Assembly: GCA_002811645.1 (NCBI GenBank)
Contig: PDIP01000082.1
Coordinates: 11,305-75,304 of the forward strand
DNA from: Corallochytrium limacisporum Hawaii
Taxonomy: Eukaryota > Protista > Pluriformea
DNA: 64,000 nucleotides
Direction of reading: 5' to 3'
Both the position numbers and the translations under genes were made by a program. Under the pieces are notes generated by a model, which saw only the letters and a list, made by a program, of their open reading frames with translations, had not been told where the DNA came from and searched no databases. Positions 41,222-53,441 of this stretch are shown in pieces. The first letter of the stretch is position 1; each line of letters starts with the position of its first letter.

Positions 41222-43073
41222 ATGGTAGGGGAGAGAGCTGGGATTTGACAGAAGCAAAGTAATGATAGTTAGCGGGTTTGAAAGGTGTAACAGAGAAGGA
41301 TTCACACCATCCCGCCGGTGTTCGCGCATACCGCTGATCACATTCATACGTGGCAGTTGATACACCTGCACACGGCCATGTGTGTACCCGTCATGGTGCA
41401 GCCACAGTAATCGTGCGCTGTTGCCACAACGAACACAGAAATTCGTCTTGATGATGTCTGAAGGTAATGTCAAAGAAACGAAATAACTCAGCAGGAACTA
41501 CAGCTCCCCCTGGAACGAAGGCGGCCAAGCGAACAATATTTTGGAATGTTTGACTTTTTCCCTTCGCCTCCCTTTCCTTGGAGCTCGATTGTTGCCTAAC
41601 ACTTTAATCTCTTACACAATGTGCCAACAGCAGCAGCTACACCTCATTCATCGGTACTCACAGTTGCTTTGCTCACTACTTTTTCCGCGTTCAAAGGTTT
41701 AGCAGCAGTGGCATGCGATCCCGTTCCTCCGACACAAAAAGACAGCACTCCTTTCAATAATTTAAGAATGCTTTGGGTGGATCTTCGTGTGTGCAGGCAC
41801 GAGTTCGTAGATCCCCCTTCCAATCGCTGCGTGCCGTCCCTACCACAGCCAAAAGCGACAGTTTTCTTACCGGGCCGGCCGTTCCAAACTATGAAGGAAT
41901 ACTGAATTCTATCGGCAAACTACGGTAGTTTTTTTCTTTCCGTTTGTTCTTTGTGTGTGTAGCAATTTTCTTCTTCTTCTTTCTCCTGTATTTGTCGTAC
42001 CCAGTCTGAGAATCGAAGCGAACAGGTGTGGTCTCTGCTGCACATTGTCCCTACGATTCTGGGATCGAAGGATCATCATGGCCGGCATTTGTAATACGCT
42101 CACTGCAAAACCCTCAGACCTCTGGGCATCGATGCAGAATAGACTGGTGGCGGTGACATCTGTAGAATAAGGGGGTCACCCACAGCATCCGTAAACATCA
42201 TCAAGCTTGTGACAAACAGCACAGTGTCTGCTGCAACCAACCATTCATGCGTGCGTTCTGTTCTTGTGCGCTAAAACCTTTTCTGCACCAATACCATCTG
42301 TACGGGCCGTGACGAAGGACGTGTTGATCGTCCGCCCATTCCTTGCGATCGTCATCCAGCGAAGTTTGGTATCTTCGCTTCATCAACCTCCTTCACAGTG
42401 GCCCTCGTCCTCGTCATCGCTAATACTGACATGTATGGATGGCGAGTACATAAGCGAACCCCCCTTCACAGTGGCTTTGGCTTAGTATGTCCCGTACAAG
42501 ATGACCAAGGACACACGGTCCATGGAAGGTCCAATACTCGAGGCGTGTCTCCTCGCCCGCCCCCAATATACTTCCACCCCCCGAAATTCCCCTTTTCCTC
42601 CCCCTCCTTTGGTGGACCCCAAGGGCCTTGTTCCTTGGGCAATACAACAAAATGAGGTTCTCAGACACACTCACAGCGATCTAATTCAAAATAAGTAATA
42701 TTCCAGGGTTTTCAGTTTTTAAGCTAGTCAGAAACCGCCGCCCAGAAGGGCTGAGAGAGGGAGAGTGGGTGGGGGTATAGGAAACAAGGAGATGTAGTGT
42801 TAGGGAGAGTGGGCAGCAGAGCGCACACACAGCTGGGACTCCCGGTTTCTCATTCTTCAAGTACACCACCCCCCGGGCGGGGGGCGGCAGGGTGGAGACG
42901 ACGGTGCGGGAAGTCGTGTATTTCCAGGCGGCTGGATAGGAGCCCCGTTGTTTGTTATTGGCAGTGGTTTGGTTTCCTCCAAGGGGTATTTGGACTGCTT
43001 GTGGATGTGTAGTACTTATTGGATGTGCATAGCACGAAATCCTGAACAAGTTGGACAGACACTGAACTGCACC

Positions 43074-44195
43074 ATGTTACGGATCCAGTTCTGTAGGGGC
43101 CTCAGGCGAGGCATCGGGACCGCCTCTCGGTTCCGCAGCCATTCTCTGCACACATCAGGCTCAGTGTGCGGTCAGATTCCCCCGGAAGGCAGTGGAGAAG
43201 GGACTCCTTTAGGCGACAGCGAGTCAGGGTATGGGTTCACTAACACCCAGGCCATCATGCTATGGCACGAACATAGAAAGGAGACACTTTCTCCGGACCG
43301 CCAGGGATGGACCGTTATGCCGGGGGAAGTGATCACAAAGGGTCGGAATGTTGTCCCTTCGACTATTCGTAGACCCCCGTACGCACAACCTGAGGCAGGA
43401 GGGGATCCGGGACCGGGACCAGTTGAGGCGGAAGAAAAAGATGCAGAGACCCTGGACGCCATGCGTGTGGCTGGCAAGTTGGCCCGTCAGGCACTAGAGA
43501 TTGCCCACCAAACCGTCCAGCCGGGTGTCACGACCGAGCAGATCGACGCTGCCGTACACGATTTTGCCATAGCCAACGATGCGTACCCATCACCGCTAGA
43601 ATATCGACGGTTCCCCAAGTCGGTGTGCACGAGTGTCAATGATGTGGCTTGCCATGGCATTCCGGACGATCGAGTCTTGCGAGATGGGGATATTGTGAAC
43701 GTCGATGTGAGTCTATTCGTGGGTGAACATCATGGTGACTGCAGTGCAACCTTTGCGGTCGGAGAAATTGATGATGCTGCGAAGCGGCTTATTGAAACAA
43801 CACACCAGTGTCTATGGGAGGCGATTGAATCATGTGGTCCGGGGATACCGTACAGTACTATTGGCGAGGTTATCGTGCCCCTTGCCGGCCGTGAAGGGTT
43901 CAGTGTATCACCGTACTTCCTGGGACATGGCATTGGATCCTACTTTCACGGCCCACCACAAATATACCATGTCCCCACTGAGGGTGGTGGTGTGATGAAG
44001 CCGGGTCATGTGTTCACCATCGAACCCATCCTGCACGAGGACAGCAACGAGATCTTCATCTGGAAGGACGGCTGGACCGCGCAGAGCATAGACGGCGGAC
44101 GCAGTGCGCAAGAGGAACATATGATTGCCATCACCGAGGAAGGATATCAAGTCCTGACTCTGCTCAAGAGAGAACAAAATACAGTGTACTTCTAA
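43074..44195 (+). CDS. METAP1D: Mitochondrial methionine aminopeptidase 1D
   Basis: Arg-rich presequence MLRIQFCRGLRRG; AYPSPL, FPKSVCTSVN, CHGIPD, DIVNVD, GDCSAT, GHGIG, FTIEP, SAQEEH (five metal ligands present); no N-terminal zinc finger. Confidence 0.92.
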   Translation: MLRIQFCRGLRRGIGTASRFRSHSLHTSGSVCGQIPPEGSGEGTPLGDSESGYGFTNTQAIMLWHEHRKETLSPDRQGWTVMPGEVITKGRNVVPSTIRRPPYAQPEAGGDPGPGPVEAEEKDAETLDAMRVAGKLARQALEIAHQTVQPGVTTEQIDAAVHDFAIANDAYPSPLEYRRFPKSVCTSVNDVACHGIPDDRVLRDGDIVNVDVSLFVGEHHGDCSATFAVGEIDDAAKRLIETTHQCLWEAIESCGPGIPYSTIGEVIVPLAGREGFSVSPYFLGHGIGSYFHGPPQIYHVPTEGGGVMKPGHVFTIEPILHEDSNEIFIWKDGWTAQSIDGGRSAQEEHMIAITEEGYQVLTLLKREQNTVYF

Positions 44196-47100
44196 ACAGC
44201 CATCACACTCATGACAGGTAGACTCATTCCGCACGCCGCGCACCAGTTCTGGCTTTTCTTCTGATTCAAAGAATATATTTCATCAGCACGAAGGCAATAA
44301 AGTGAGTTTATTGAAGGCCCGTATACAAATATTGTGATTTGGCCCACGACCAGCAGGGAGAGATGTTGCAAGAGGGAGGGGAGGAAGATGGCTCTGTTGT
44401 CTCTGCTTGTTGGCTTGCTTATGTCTATCGGATGTCTCTGGGATGTGGTCTTCGTGCCACTAGCTCTACTCGCGCACTCTGCATGCTCATAGCCCATACT
44501 CTCTGGTACCCGCAGATCGACAGCGAAGTTCATCCGCTGCTTGTGCCAATAGCCACGGGGATTGAAACGCGCCTCTCGAACGCAAAAACCTCTGGATCCC
44601 TTCTTCTGAGATAAAATCCTTGAGTTAACCTCACTGTGGGGCTGTATTCATCCATATACTGGCTATCATCGGGTTTACGTCCATGGCGGCGGAGTCAATT
44701 GACGTTTGCTGCTGTTAACGGGTTTCCGGAAGCGCATGGTTCCTGGCTATTTCTACATTCTTGGTCTTTCCGTGAAATCGATTTCTGGCCCTCTCTCGAA
44801 CTTCGCCGATAGTTCATATACTTTTGCCCATTCATGCATTATCTGTGCGACCCCAGTTAACATTTTCTTGCGAAAACTCTTGGCGAGGGTTTAAAATTAG
44901 GCCCCAATCTCCCAAAACGGGGAACTCCAGAGGGCGAGGGTTGCTGTGTATGTAAGTCGTGAACTACATATTAGGGAAGTTCGCCACATATATCTATAAG
45001 AGAAATCTTGTTCCTATACCTAATAAATGTATAATGTAAATATGAAAATTCCCCTCCATCAGTCATGCACCACACCATCACCGTTAAGCCGTACGTTTCG
45101 ATTTAACTTACTATTGCCTCCCCCGCAATCTCTCTCTCTCTCACATTCTCACTCGCGCTCCAATCGAAAAGCTGTCAACGTTTTTCTGTGTCTCACCTTT
45201 GGTTTTAATTGTTGGTCCACGGTTATTATACAAACAGAGCGGAGAGCAGTGCGCTTACTTCGACCAAAGGAACCCCGTTTGCCCTTTGACTTGGTTTTCT
45301 TTGTGGGGGGGTGGGGGGGCTCTCGGGGGCAACCAGAGTGGGCATGTGCGTGTTGGCTCTTCGCATGTGGTCTGGCGACCTGCGGGATTCACCTGAACAC
45401 GGCCTCCTGCGTACTACTTGTACTAGAGTGGCTTCAGGTTCATAGTAGGCGACTTTTCCAAGACTTACTTCCAGTGGTGCGCAGCCAACTGCGAAACCGG
45501 AATCACAACGTTTTGGACCGTTCATTCTGAAGAGAGCCAGAGTGGTCCAGCAGTAGTAAGTCAGCTAAGGTCGAACTGGTGCCACTGTTTGAACTCTTGT
45601 ACCACCAGAAGATTAAGGAATTTTCCCTTCCCGCTTACAACGGAAAACCTTGAGTGATCCAACAAGAAAAAAAGGATAGTCCAATTCCTAATTTAATCTC
45701 GTCCTTCCCTCATCCAATCCCGCTCTGGGACATGGCACTCCGACTACGGAACTCGAAGGGCTGTCTGACTGAATCGACAACGGAGCTGACTCACTTATTC
45801 CGAATGAACTGCAAACTTCGAATTACTCGGTCTTTCTTCCCGGTCCATTTACCGGGGACCTCGGCGGAGGACAAAGTCCCCCCAACCCTTCCGTTTAACC
45901 CCCCCTAACCTCCTGGCCCCTCTTCGCCTTTCCTCCTGCCCATTTCGGAGTTTGCGGAGTGCAGGAAGAAAGGAAAACGAGAATCTTTGGTCTTTTTTCT
46001 AAGATGGCTTTTTTTTTTAGATACAAGGAGAAAAAAAAACCCCTCCAAGGCGAGAAAAAATCTTTCGCGGTTCATCCTTCATCGGGAGTGCGTCGTCGTG
46101 TGGTGAGCATCGCATGCACATATGCAGACAAACACCTAGAGAAGGCAAGAGGTTAAACTGCGGTGATCGAAGGCAGGCATCAGGACCGAATGATGGGGGG
46201 GGGGGACTCTTCTCCTTTGATCTCATGGGTTCTCTCGGCTTAACATGTGGTAGTTTGACTACATAATTAATTACAGTATGTGCTGGGGTTGTGGGCGAGA
46301 ACCCATGTGTCTCTCTCCTCTGCTCCCCCCCCTCCCCCTTCTCTCTCCACTCTTTTTCTTTCTGTTTGTCTCAAAGGTGTGTTAGGGACCTACCTTAGAA
46401 ACCCCCGGGAGACCCCCTCCTTTTTGCTCCCTCTGGCGCGGTGGCGGTCAGAAACACAGTGGCCTGGAACCCACCAAGGGCACTAACTGTAGCCACTCTA
46501 CTACATTTGCTGTCGGGTGCTGATGCGATCTCCATGGACCCTTGTGAGGGGGACGGGGGGTTATGAAGGGTTTCTTTCTGCAGGGCATCAGGATGGACAG
46601 TGCGCATGGTGAGTCAAGTCCCCCAAGCTTCCAACGTGCCCCGTGGACAAAGATATACAGATGCCCCCATTCAGTAATCAAAGTATGCCCCCACTGGACA
46701 GTCATCTCTACATATCTTCTTTTACCTTGCACCGGTGATGGACAATGTCTGATATTCCCTGCAGATTACCGTTTGTCTTGTCCAAGAGTTGGACTCGGGA
46801 TGGACAAGCTCAACGGAACCATTAGGTGATTTCGACATTGCTCATGGAGCGACTGCTGTCGACGGGTACCCTTTCCCGTGTTTTTTTTTTCCCTTGGTTC
46901 TTTCTGGGACTTTTTAGCTGGTCACATTCTGCATACGGTCGGGGTTTACAATAGCGTAACTCTTCCCACACTTTGGGGCCCCACCGACAACTTTGGCTAA
47001 TTCATCCAAGTGCCTTAAACTCTCTCTTCCCCCCCCCCCCCCGGCGGGGTCGCTTCTCCTTGTCCCAATCAACGTTTATATTTTTAGCTTGTGTGGCTGC

Positions 47101-47950
47101 AGCTGCTGCTGCTGCTGCGCCTGCCACACGTATTCACCTTTTTAACTCTGTGTACGCGTGGACGGCCCCCGCAGGCAACTCCCCCTCGTCTACACAGCGC
47201 ACAGTGGACACTCCGCCCCCTCTTCCACCCGCTTTTGCCCGTATAGATTCCTGCCCGATAGAGCCAATACAGGGTCCGCCCTATCGACGCTGCAAATCTT
47301 CAACCAAGAAGAAAAAAAAACACACACACACAAACCGTTGCAAAATTTCTTTTAGCAAAATACACTCACTACGGGTACGTCCAGGGTGATAGGTCGCCTA
47401 GGGAGGGCCCATGGAGTGTGACCTTGGGGCCTTGGGTTGGGTGGGGGTAAGGGGTTACGGAAGGGAAATGGTTAGGGTTAGGTAAAGGGAGAGGGGGGGG
47501 GGGGGGGGCGGGCATCTGAAGCCCAAGCGGAAAAAAAACGGGTGAGAAGAGCCAGAGGACTGCCAATTGCCTGGAGAGTCGGAGCCGCGCTCCCATATGA
47601 GACGTCTCAGACAGCACGACGTACGAAGGGCTTTGATACTCAGTCAGAGGGTTTCGGTTTGTTTGCAGAGATATGTTTTCCCTCTCTGAAGCGTACCGGA
47701 TCTGCGGGGTTGAAGCATTGGACATCTGCAATTACTTGGTAGGACCCTGTTCATTCGCGTTCTATGAGAGACGAGGTTGGTGTTTCCGCCGAGCGTACGG
47801 TAGCAGTAACTAGTTGGTGAGAGTGACAAGATTGAATTGACTTACATTACCGGATTCTTTATGTTATTGTATTCATGGATGCTTTAACTATGATGATGAT
47901 GCGGACTGCATTTGCTGGATTGAGTTTTTGTAATATTGAAGGCATGCAAC

Positions 47951-49171
47951 TTAGCTGATGATGCTAGCTCCAGCACCAGTGCGGAGCACACGGCTACGGT
48001 CCTTTTGGCGACGGTTCTGGAACCAAGTGCGTACAATCTTGGTGTCCAGGCCAGTTACGGCGCAAATGTGCATGATTGCCTCGCTGCTGGGCTTGGGGTT
48101 GCGCATGTAGCAGGCCTCAAGGTGCTGGCGAGTGGCACGGCCAATGGCGGTGCGGACGCGCTTGCCACGGCGGTTGGGGTTGTTGGCGTTGGAGTTGCTG
48201 CTCTTGGGCTGCACCTGGAAAACACCACGCTGGTAGTCATCCATGAGTTGACGCAGACGACCAATGAAGGCAATCTTGGCCTCACCATGCTTCATGCCCT
48301 GCTCAAATTGGCTGACACTGCTCTGGTCATACTTAATGGCCTCAGCAACATCAAACTGGGTCATCTTGCGCTCCATGCGCCACAGACGGAAGTATTCCTC
48401 GAAGCGCTCCTCAGGAACCTCATAAGGGTTCTTGGTCGCAATCAGGGTGGACTGGTTACCACCGTTCAGGCTGGCGCTGCCGGCAGAGGAGCGAATGTTG
48501 GACACCAAGCTATTGGTGGTGCTGTCTGCGGAGTCGGTAGCACTCAGGGTGGGATCCCGGAGACCGGCGTAGTAGTTCTGACCAAAGGGGTCAGCGGAGT
48601 AGGAGTCGCGGGAGCCTCCAAAGTGACGAGGCACGGCCATGTTCATGGGCACGCTGTGAGCCTGTTCACTGATCATCTGCCAGCGGCTACGGCCCTGAGA
48701 GTCGTAGTGAGACGTACCAGTGGTCTGGGCTTCCGAAGGAGTGGAGTATCCTGGGGCAGTCCACGGCACATTTGAGTAGTCAAAGTGTGGGCTGGCCGCG
48801 TCGTTGGCAGGAGCTTCGGACATGGCGGGAGTCTGACTGTAGTAGTTCTTTTCGTGCGGGGTCGCCGCAATAGTAGAAGGATAGGGGCTTGAGCTGGTGC
48901 CGCTGAAGCGCTGACTGTTGTTCTGCTGCTTTTGGTATTGGAGGACAGACGGCTGTTGGTTCTGCAGGTTCATGCTGCGCAGCTGCTGCTGGATGTGGTA
49001 CTGAGATTCCTGGTTGGTGGAAGTCTGCTGTTCAGTGGATGCTTCGACTTCAGTGTTAGTGCTCTCAGCAGCGGTTGTTGTGTTGCCAGTGTACCAGTTG
49101 CTGGTAGTATTGTCGGACAGCCAAGTGTTTTGCTGTTGCTGATATGTCAGAGGGGAAGTCTGTGTGGCCAT
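47951..49171 (-). CDS. POU-like homeobox transcription factor (POU-specific-like HTH + linker + homeodomain)
   Basis: Q/S/T/N-rich N-terminus; FEEYFRLWRMERKMTQFDVAEAIKYDQSSVSQFEQG (about 48412-48235); homeodomain RRGKRVRTAI...LEACYMRNPKPS...VRTWFQNRRQKDR (about 48173-47995). Confidence 0.88.
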   Translation of the reverse strand: MATQTSPLTYQQQQNTWLSDNTTSNWYTGNTTTAAESTNTEVEASTEQQTSTNQESQYHIQQQLRSMNLQNQQPSVLQYQKQQNNSQRFSGTSSSPYPSTIAATPHEKNYYSQTPAMSEAPANDAASPHFDYSNVPWTAPGYSTPSEAQTTGTSHYDSQGRSRWQMISEQAHSVPMNMAVPRHFGGSRDSYSADPFGQNYYAGLRDPTLSATDSADSTTNSLVSNIRSSAGSASLNGGNQSTLIATKNPYEVPEERFEEYFRLWRMERKMTQFDVAEAIKYDQSSVSQFEQGMKHGEAKIAFIGRLRQLMDDYQRGVFQVQPKSSNSNANNPNRRGKRVRTAIGRATRQHLEACYMRNPKPSSEAIMHICAVTGLDTKIVRTWFQNRRQKDRSRVLRTGAGASIIS

Positions 49172-49807
49172 TTTGTTATAGCTGTGTTCCTCGGTTATTG
49201 ATATGTAGCCGACGAGAATGAAACAAAATTGTACTGATCAAACCCATGAAGACGGATCGTAATACGATACACGGTTGTCCACTTATACCTTTTGCGCGTC
49301 TGGTCTCCAATCACAAACCAAGCTCAACCTGCATATTAGAGTTCGGAATCGCATGCCCTTTTCCCCTTATTCCCTTTTCGTTTGATGGCCGTCGTTCTCG
49401 GCTGGTCGGTAGCTTTGGAACAAGCAGGAGAATAACTTTACAAAAAGGGACGAGTCCGTTTCACGTACGCACACGGAGGATCCCCCCGTTTAACTCCTGG
49501 TAGAGGACAAGCCAATTTTCGTTCCAACTCCACCCACCCCCCTCCTTCTCCCTGCTTCTCCTCTTTCTTTTTCCTTCCTCCCTCGTCAACCCCACCCCGT
49601 ACCTCTAGACCTCTCATTCTCTCTCTCGCCCCTCGGCCGCTCTTTCCCTAGTTTTTCTGCCTATAGCTCGCTCGGGTCAGCGCCCCGGTTTCCCCCCCTC
49701 CCCCCGTTCCCCGCCCTCCTCCCTCTCCCGGCCGTATTTCTGGGCCGATAAGTAAGGGAACGGTCAGTGCATCCGTCGCCTTTCCCCCCCTTCCCCCCTC
49801 CCCCCCC

Positions 49808-50027
49808 NNNNNNNNNNNNNNNNNNNNNNNNNNNNNNNNNNNNNNNNNNNNNNNNNNNNNNNNNNNNNNNNNNNNNNNNNNNNNNNNNNNNNNNNNNNNN
49901 NNNNNNNNNNNNNNNNNNNNNNNNNNNNNNNNNNNNNNNNNNNNNNNNNNNNNNNNNNNNNNNNNNNNNNNNNNNNNNNNNNNNNNNNNNNNNNNNNNNN
50001 NNNNNNNNNNNNNNNNNNNNNNNNNNN
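49808..50027. other. Assembly gap
   Basis: Run of N flanked by C/T-rich tracts. Confidence 1.
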
Positions 50028-53000
50028 CCCCTTGCCCTCCCTCCCTCCTCTCTTCCCGGGGTGCTCCGTTCCATTCCTCCTTGCTCTTCTCCTTCCCCCC
50101 CTCCCTCTCCCGTCCCCCCTTTCTCCCTCGTTCTTGCTTTCCTCTTCTCGCTCTCTACTTTCCATTGTCCTCCCACCAGCACCTCAAAAATTCATCTCCT
50201 GTGGCTGTAGTCCAACGCATATACGCAAATTATAAACCATTGAAACTGAAGCATAATACCATCATAGACAGTGTTGTGATGATACAATACTGCGGATCCG
50301 AGTGTCTCTTTGCTTGCTGCTGTCTGGGATGAGCGCTGCGGACGGCACATACGTAGTATCAGTAAGAATGCAGCAGGACTCGATCCGTGATACTTGGTTG
50401 CATAACACTCTGGATTTCCCTCTTCCCCTCCCCCCCCTCCTCCCCCTTTTCTCCCTTCACCTCCTCCGCTCTTACGTGGGTTCTGCCATTTCCCTTTGGT
50501 CCCCCGGGTCTCCCCCCCCCCGGTCGCTCTCCCTAGGCATCCCATTCATTTCAAATCTCCTCCCATGACAAAGCCAAAATTGAAAATGAGAGATACAAAC
50601 ATGGCCATCCACGATGTGCAGGTGCAAATATTTTTGTCGCAGTATTCTCAATGAACTACTTTTCACCCCTGCCCATGTTCACAGTTCCTACGACCTTTTG
50701 ACGGTGCATTTTCTATGGCACCACAAGTATGCAAACCGAAATTTAAATTAGAGAGGTGGCAGTTGGAGCGATCAAAACGGCGGCCCTGCACCGACGCTGT
50801 GCAAGATTCAGTTCGGCCATTGCCGTTTCGGTTAGGTTTCGCTCCTTTTCCCCCATTTTGGGGCGCAAAACTCCTGTTGGAGAGCACCAAATTCATTAAT
50901 AGTTCCTATATACTCTATACCTCTCTCTACGAGTATTGTGGAAGGGAAAGGAGTAGGGATGGAGGGGAAAAGGGGAAGAGCGAGTGGAAGGGAAACTTTT
51001 CCCCCTTTCTCCTTTGGGCACTCTCACTTTGCGACAGAGAGCAGAGGGGAGGTTGAGCGAGCGAGAGGATAACCCCAGGAGAGAGCCAGTCAGTGCACTG
51101 AGTACTAAGTGTCGAGCAACGAGAGGAGGCGAGTAGATCTGTCAACCCGCGAGAAACATGAAAGACACAACGTGTTTCGAGATAACACAGGCGCAGGCCC
51201 GTACTGACCACCACGACCCAGCAGTGATCAGCATGGGCCTAACTGCCGTTATAGCCACAACTGATGCGCATCTGTGGACTCCGTGTTTCGGCACTTCCAC
51301 ATAGTCTCCGGCGGATGGATGTTTCATACAACAGTCAAGCAAAGTGCCACGGTATCACGGGGCCTCGGTATCAAGAAAGGAAATTAGGCGTTGAGTGGGA
51401 GGGGAAAAAGTTTATTGCTAATTTCGAAAGGAACGGGTCACCACGGTGGACTGTCAGTTCACGACAACTTCGTACTGTTTGTACAACAATCCCAAAACGA
51501 GTTTGTTGTGCCGGTGACTGTTTTGGTCACTAGTTTGAAATATCTCGCCCTATATTTTTTTCGTTTCTTTCGGTGGAACTGGATCCGTGGGGTTGGGTTG
51601 GGTGGGACTGAGCGTCAGTGGCTAGTTCGCCTTCTCTATCAGGGGGTAGAGGGGGTCGTGTGACGTTGCAAGTCGTATACAAAGAGCAACTGTGGACAGC
51701 AGGCTCACAGTGCGGTGGTGGGACGCACACGCAAATCCCGTAATAACCCACGAACGAACTTCGAGAGGAAACGGGGAGTTTCATTTGTGGCTTTGTATGA
51801 AAAGCGTTGTAGTCTTCGCGGCCTCTACAGTGTAACTGCATCAGGCAATGTGGCCTAGGATTCACAGACCGACGGGCATGGTCTTGTTATTGCACCAGTG
51901 CTCAACCTTTAAGCAAGCAAAACTCTGACACTCGCCAATGTTCGTTTCGCAGAGTTGAGCCGAGGAAACACCGGCGGAGAGGCACCGTAAGTGCTACTCT
52001 ACTGTTCGGATGGCAGCACAATTCTGCTCTTAACATGGTGAGAGGTCAGTCAGGCATGTGTCAGCTGAGGGCAATGCGCCTGTTTCTCCATGCTCCGAAA
52101 CGACGGGTACCATGGGATACGTCGAAGGTGGATATATATGTGGGAGGAAAGCAAAGGCAGATTTCGCAGCCTGCGCTTTGCCTGCGAGGAAGACGTTGCT
52201 CCTGCTGGGAACACCGTTAGGTGCGTCGACAGTGAGCCAGGACTGCAGACCTAGATAACTCCTCCTTATAGTGGCAACCGCAGCCTCCATACTTCAATGG
52301 AACACAGACATAGTCAGATATAGATCACTTTGATACGCACAGAGACATTCTTGGCTGCGCTGACCCATTATGTCTCAAGTGGAATCAATCAATGCTACTA
52401 GAGCACCAAGTAACAGAGAGGTCGAAGATTGCAGTTTGTATGGATGCTCCTTGGATGACGAAGCATGTGGATGGCGTGAATGTGATTGCGTAGCAGACTA
52501 TGCATGCAAGATAGGGTTGGGAAAATGCATTATGCGGTGATGAGAAGCAGTGTGCCACTTAAGCACCATGTATCATTTATATTTTATGTGGCTGTCGCAC
52601 ACCAACGATCATACCTCTCACACCCGCACCACTCCAATCAGTGAGGTCTGAGGTGTTTCTATATTTTACATATTTGGATCCATGTGACACCTGCTTCTTC
52701 ATTGTGTATATATGCATACACTATGAATGATCGCCAAAGCGCGCCGTTTTCTCATATAATGAAATGACGAAAGCAATTCTGTGGGCGGTGAATGTGATAC
52801 AACAACCCTATGCAGTAAGTCGCCTGGCACGTACTGACTAGTTTGCCAATGAATGACATGGGGTGAATGTTTTCTTGGGTACAAGAAGCAAAGTGAAGTG
52901 AAAATACTAACAAACAAGAGGATGAGAATGAGAATACAAGAACTTGAAGCAGGACAAACCTGCACGCGCGATGGAAGTCTGTGTCAATATAATTAATCAA

Positions 53001-53213
53001 CGCAATAGATTACACACCAGGGTGAAGTGAAATACCAGTTGACATAGGCAAAGCGCGTGTTTTACGCTATTCGCGTACCCTTCGGGCTTCACCATGCTCT
53101 CCCTTTCTTCTTGAAACGCCAATGGGTCTCGAAACGTTACGGCCAGACTGACGTACTTTCCCCAGTGCATTTCCGGTCCATGTCCGCCGTCCGGCCGCTC
53201 TCCGTTTGTTGGC

Positions 53214-53216
<3 letters not shown>

Positions 53217-53266
<50 letters not shown>

Positions 53267-53392
53267 CCGTCCCCATACCGTGGTGGGCGCACAACTCAAG
53301 AAAAAAATCCCGAACCCNNNNNNNNNNNNNNNNNNNNNNNNNNNNNNNNNNNNNNNNNNNNNNNNNNNNNNNNNNNNNNNNNNNNNNNNNNN

Positions 53393-53441
<49 letters not shown>

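Noticed and set aside
47890-47960. Possible box C/D snoRNA (atgatga ... ctga)
   Set aside because: No terminal stem or recognisable rRNA guide; overlaps the homeobox stop codon; the motifs are short enough to be chance.
47936-48775. 279-aa plus-strand ORF antisense to the homeobox gene
   Set aside because: Starts at TTG, lies almost wholly within the real gene and has no motifs; best explained as a codon-bias shadow ORF.
50600-50745. Octamer-like words (gtgcaaat, atgcaaac) upstream of the POU-like gene as autoregulatory sites
   Set aside because: Imperfect matches expected by chance, and the protein's DNA-contact residues differ from octamer-binding POU factors.
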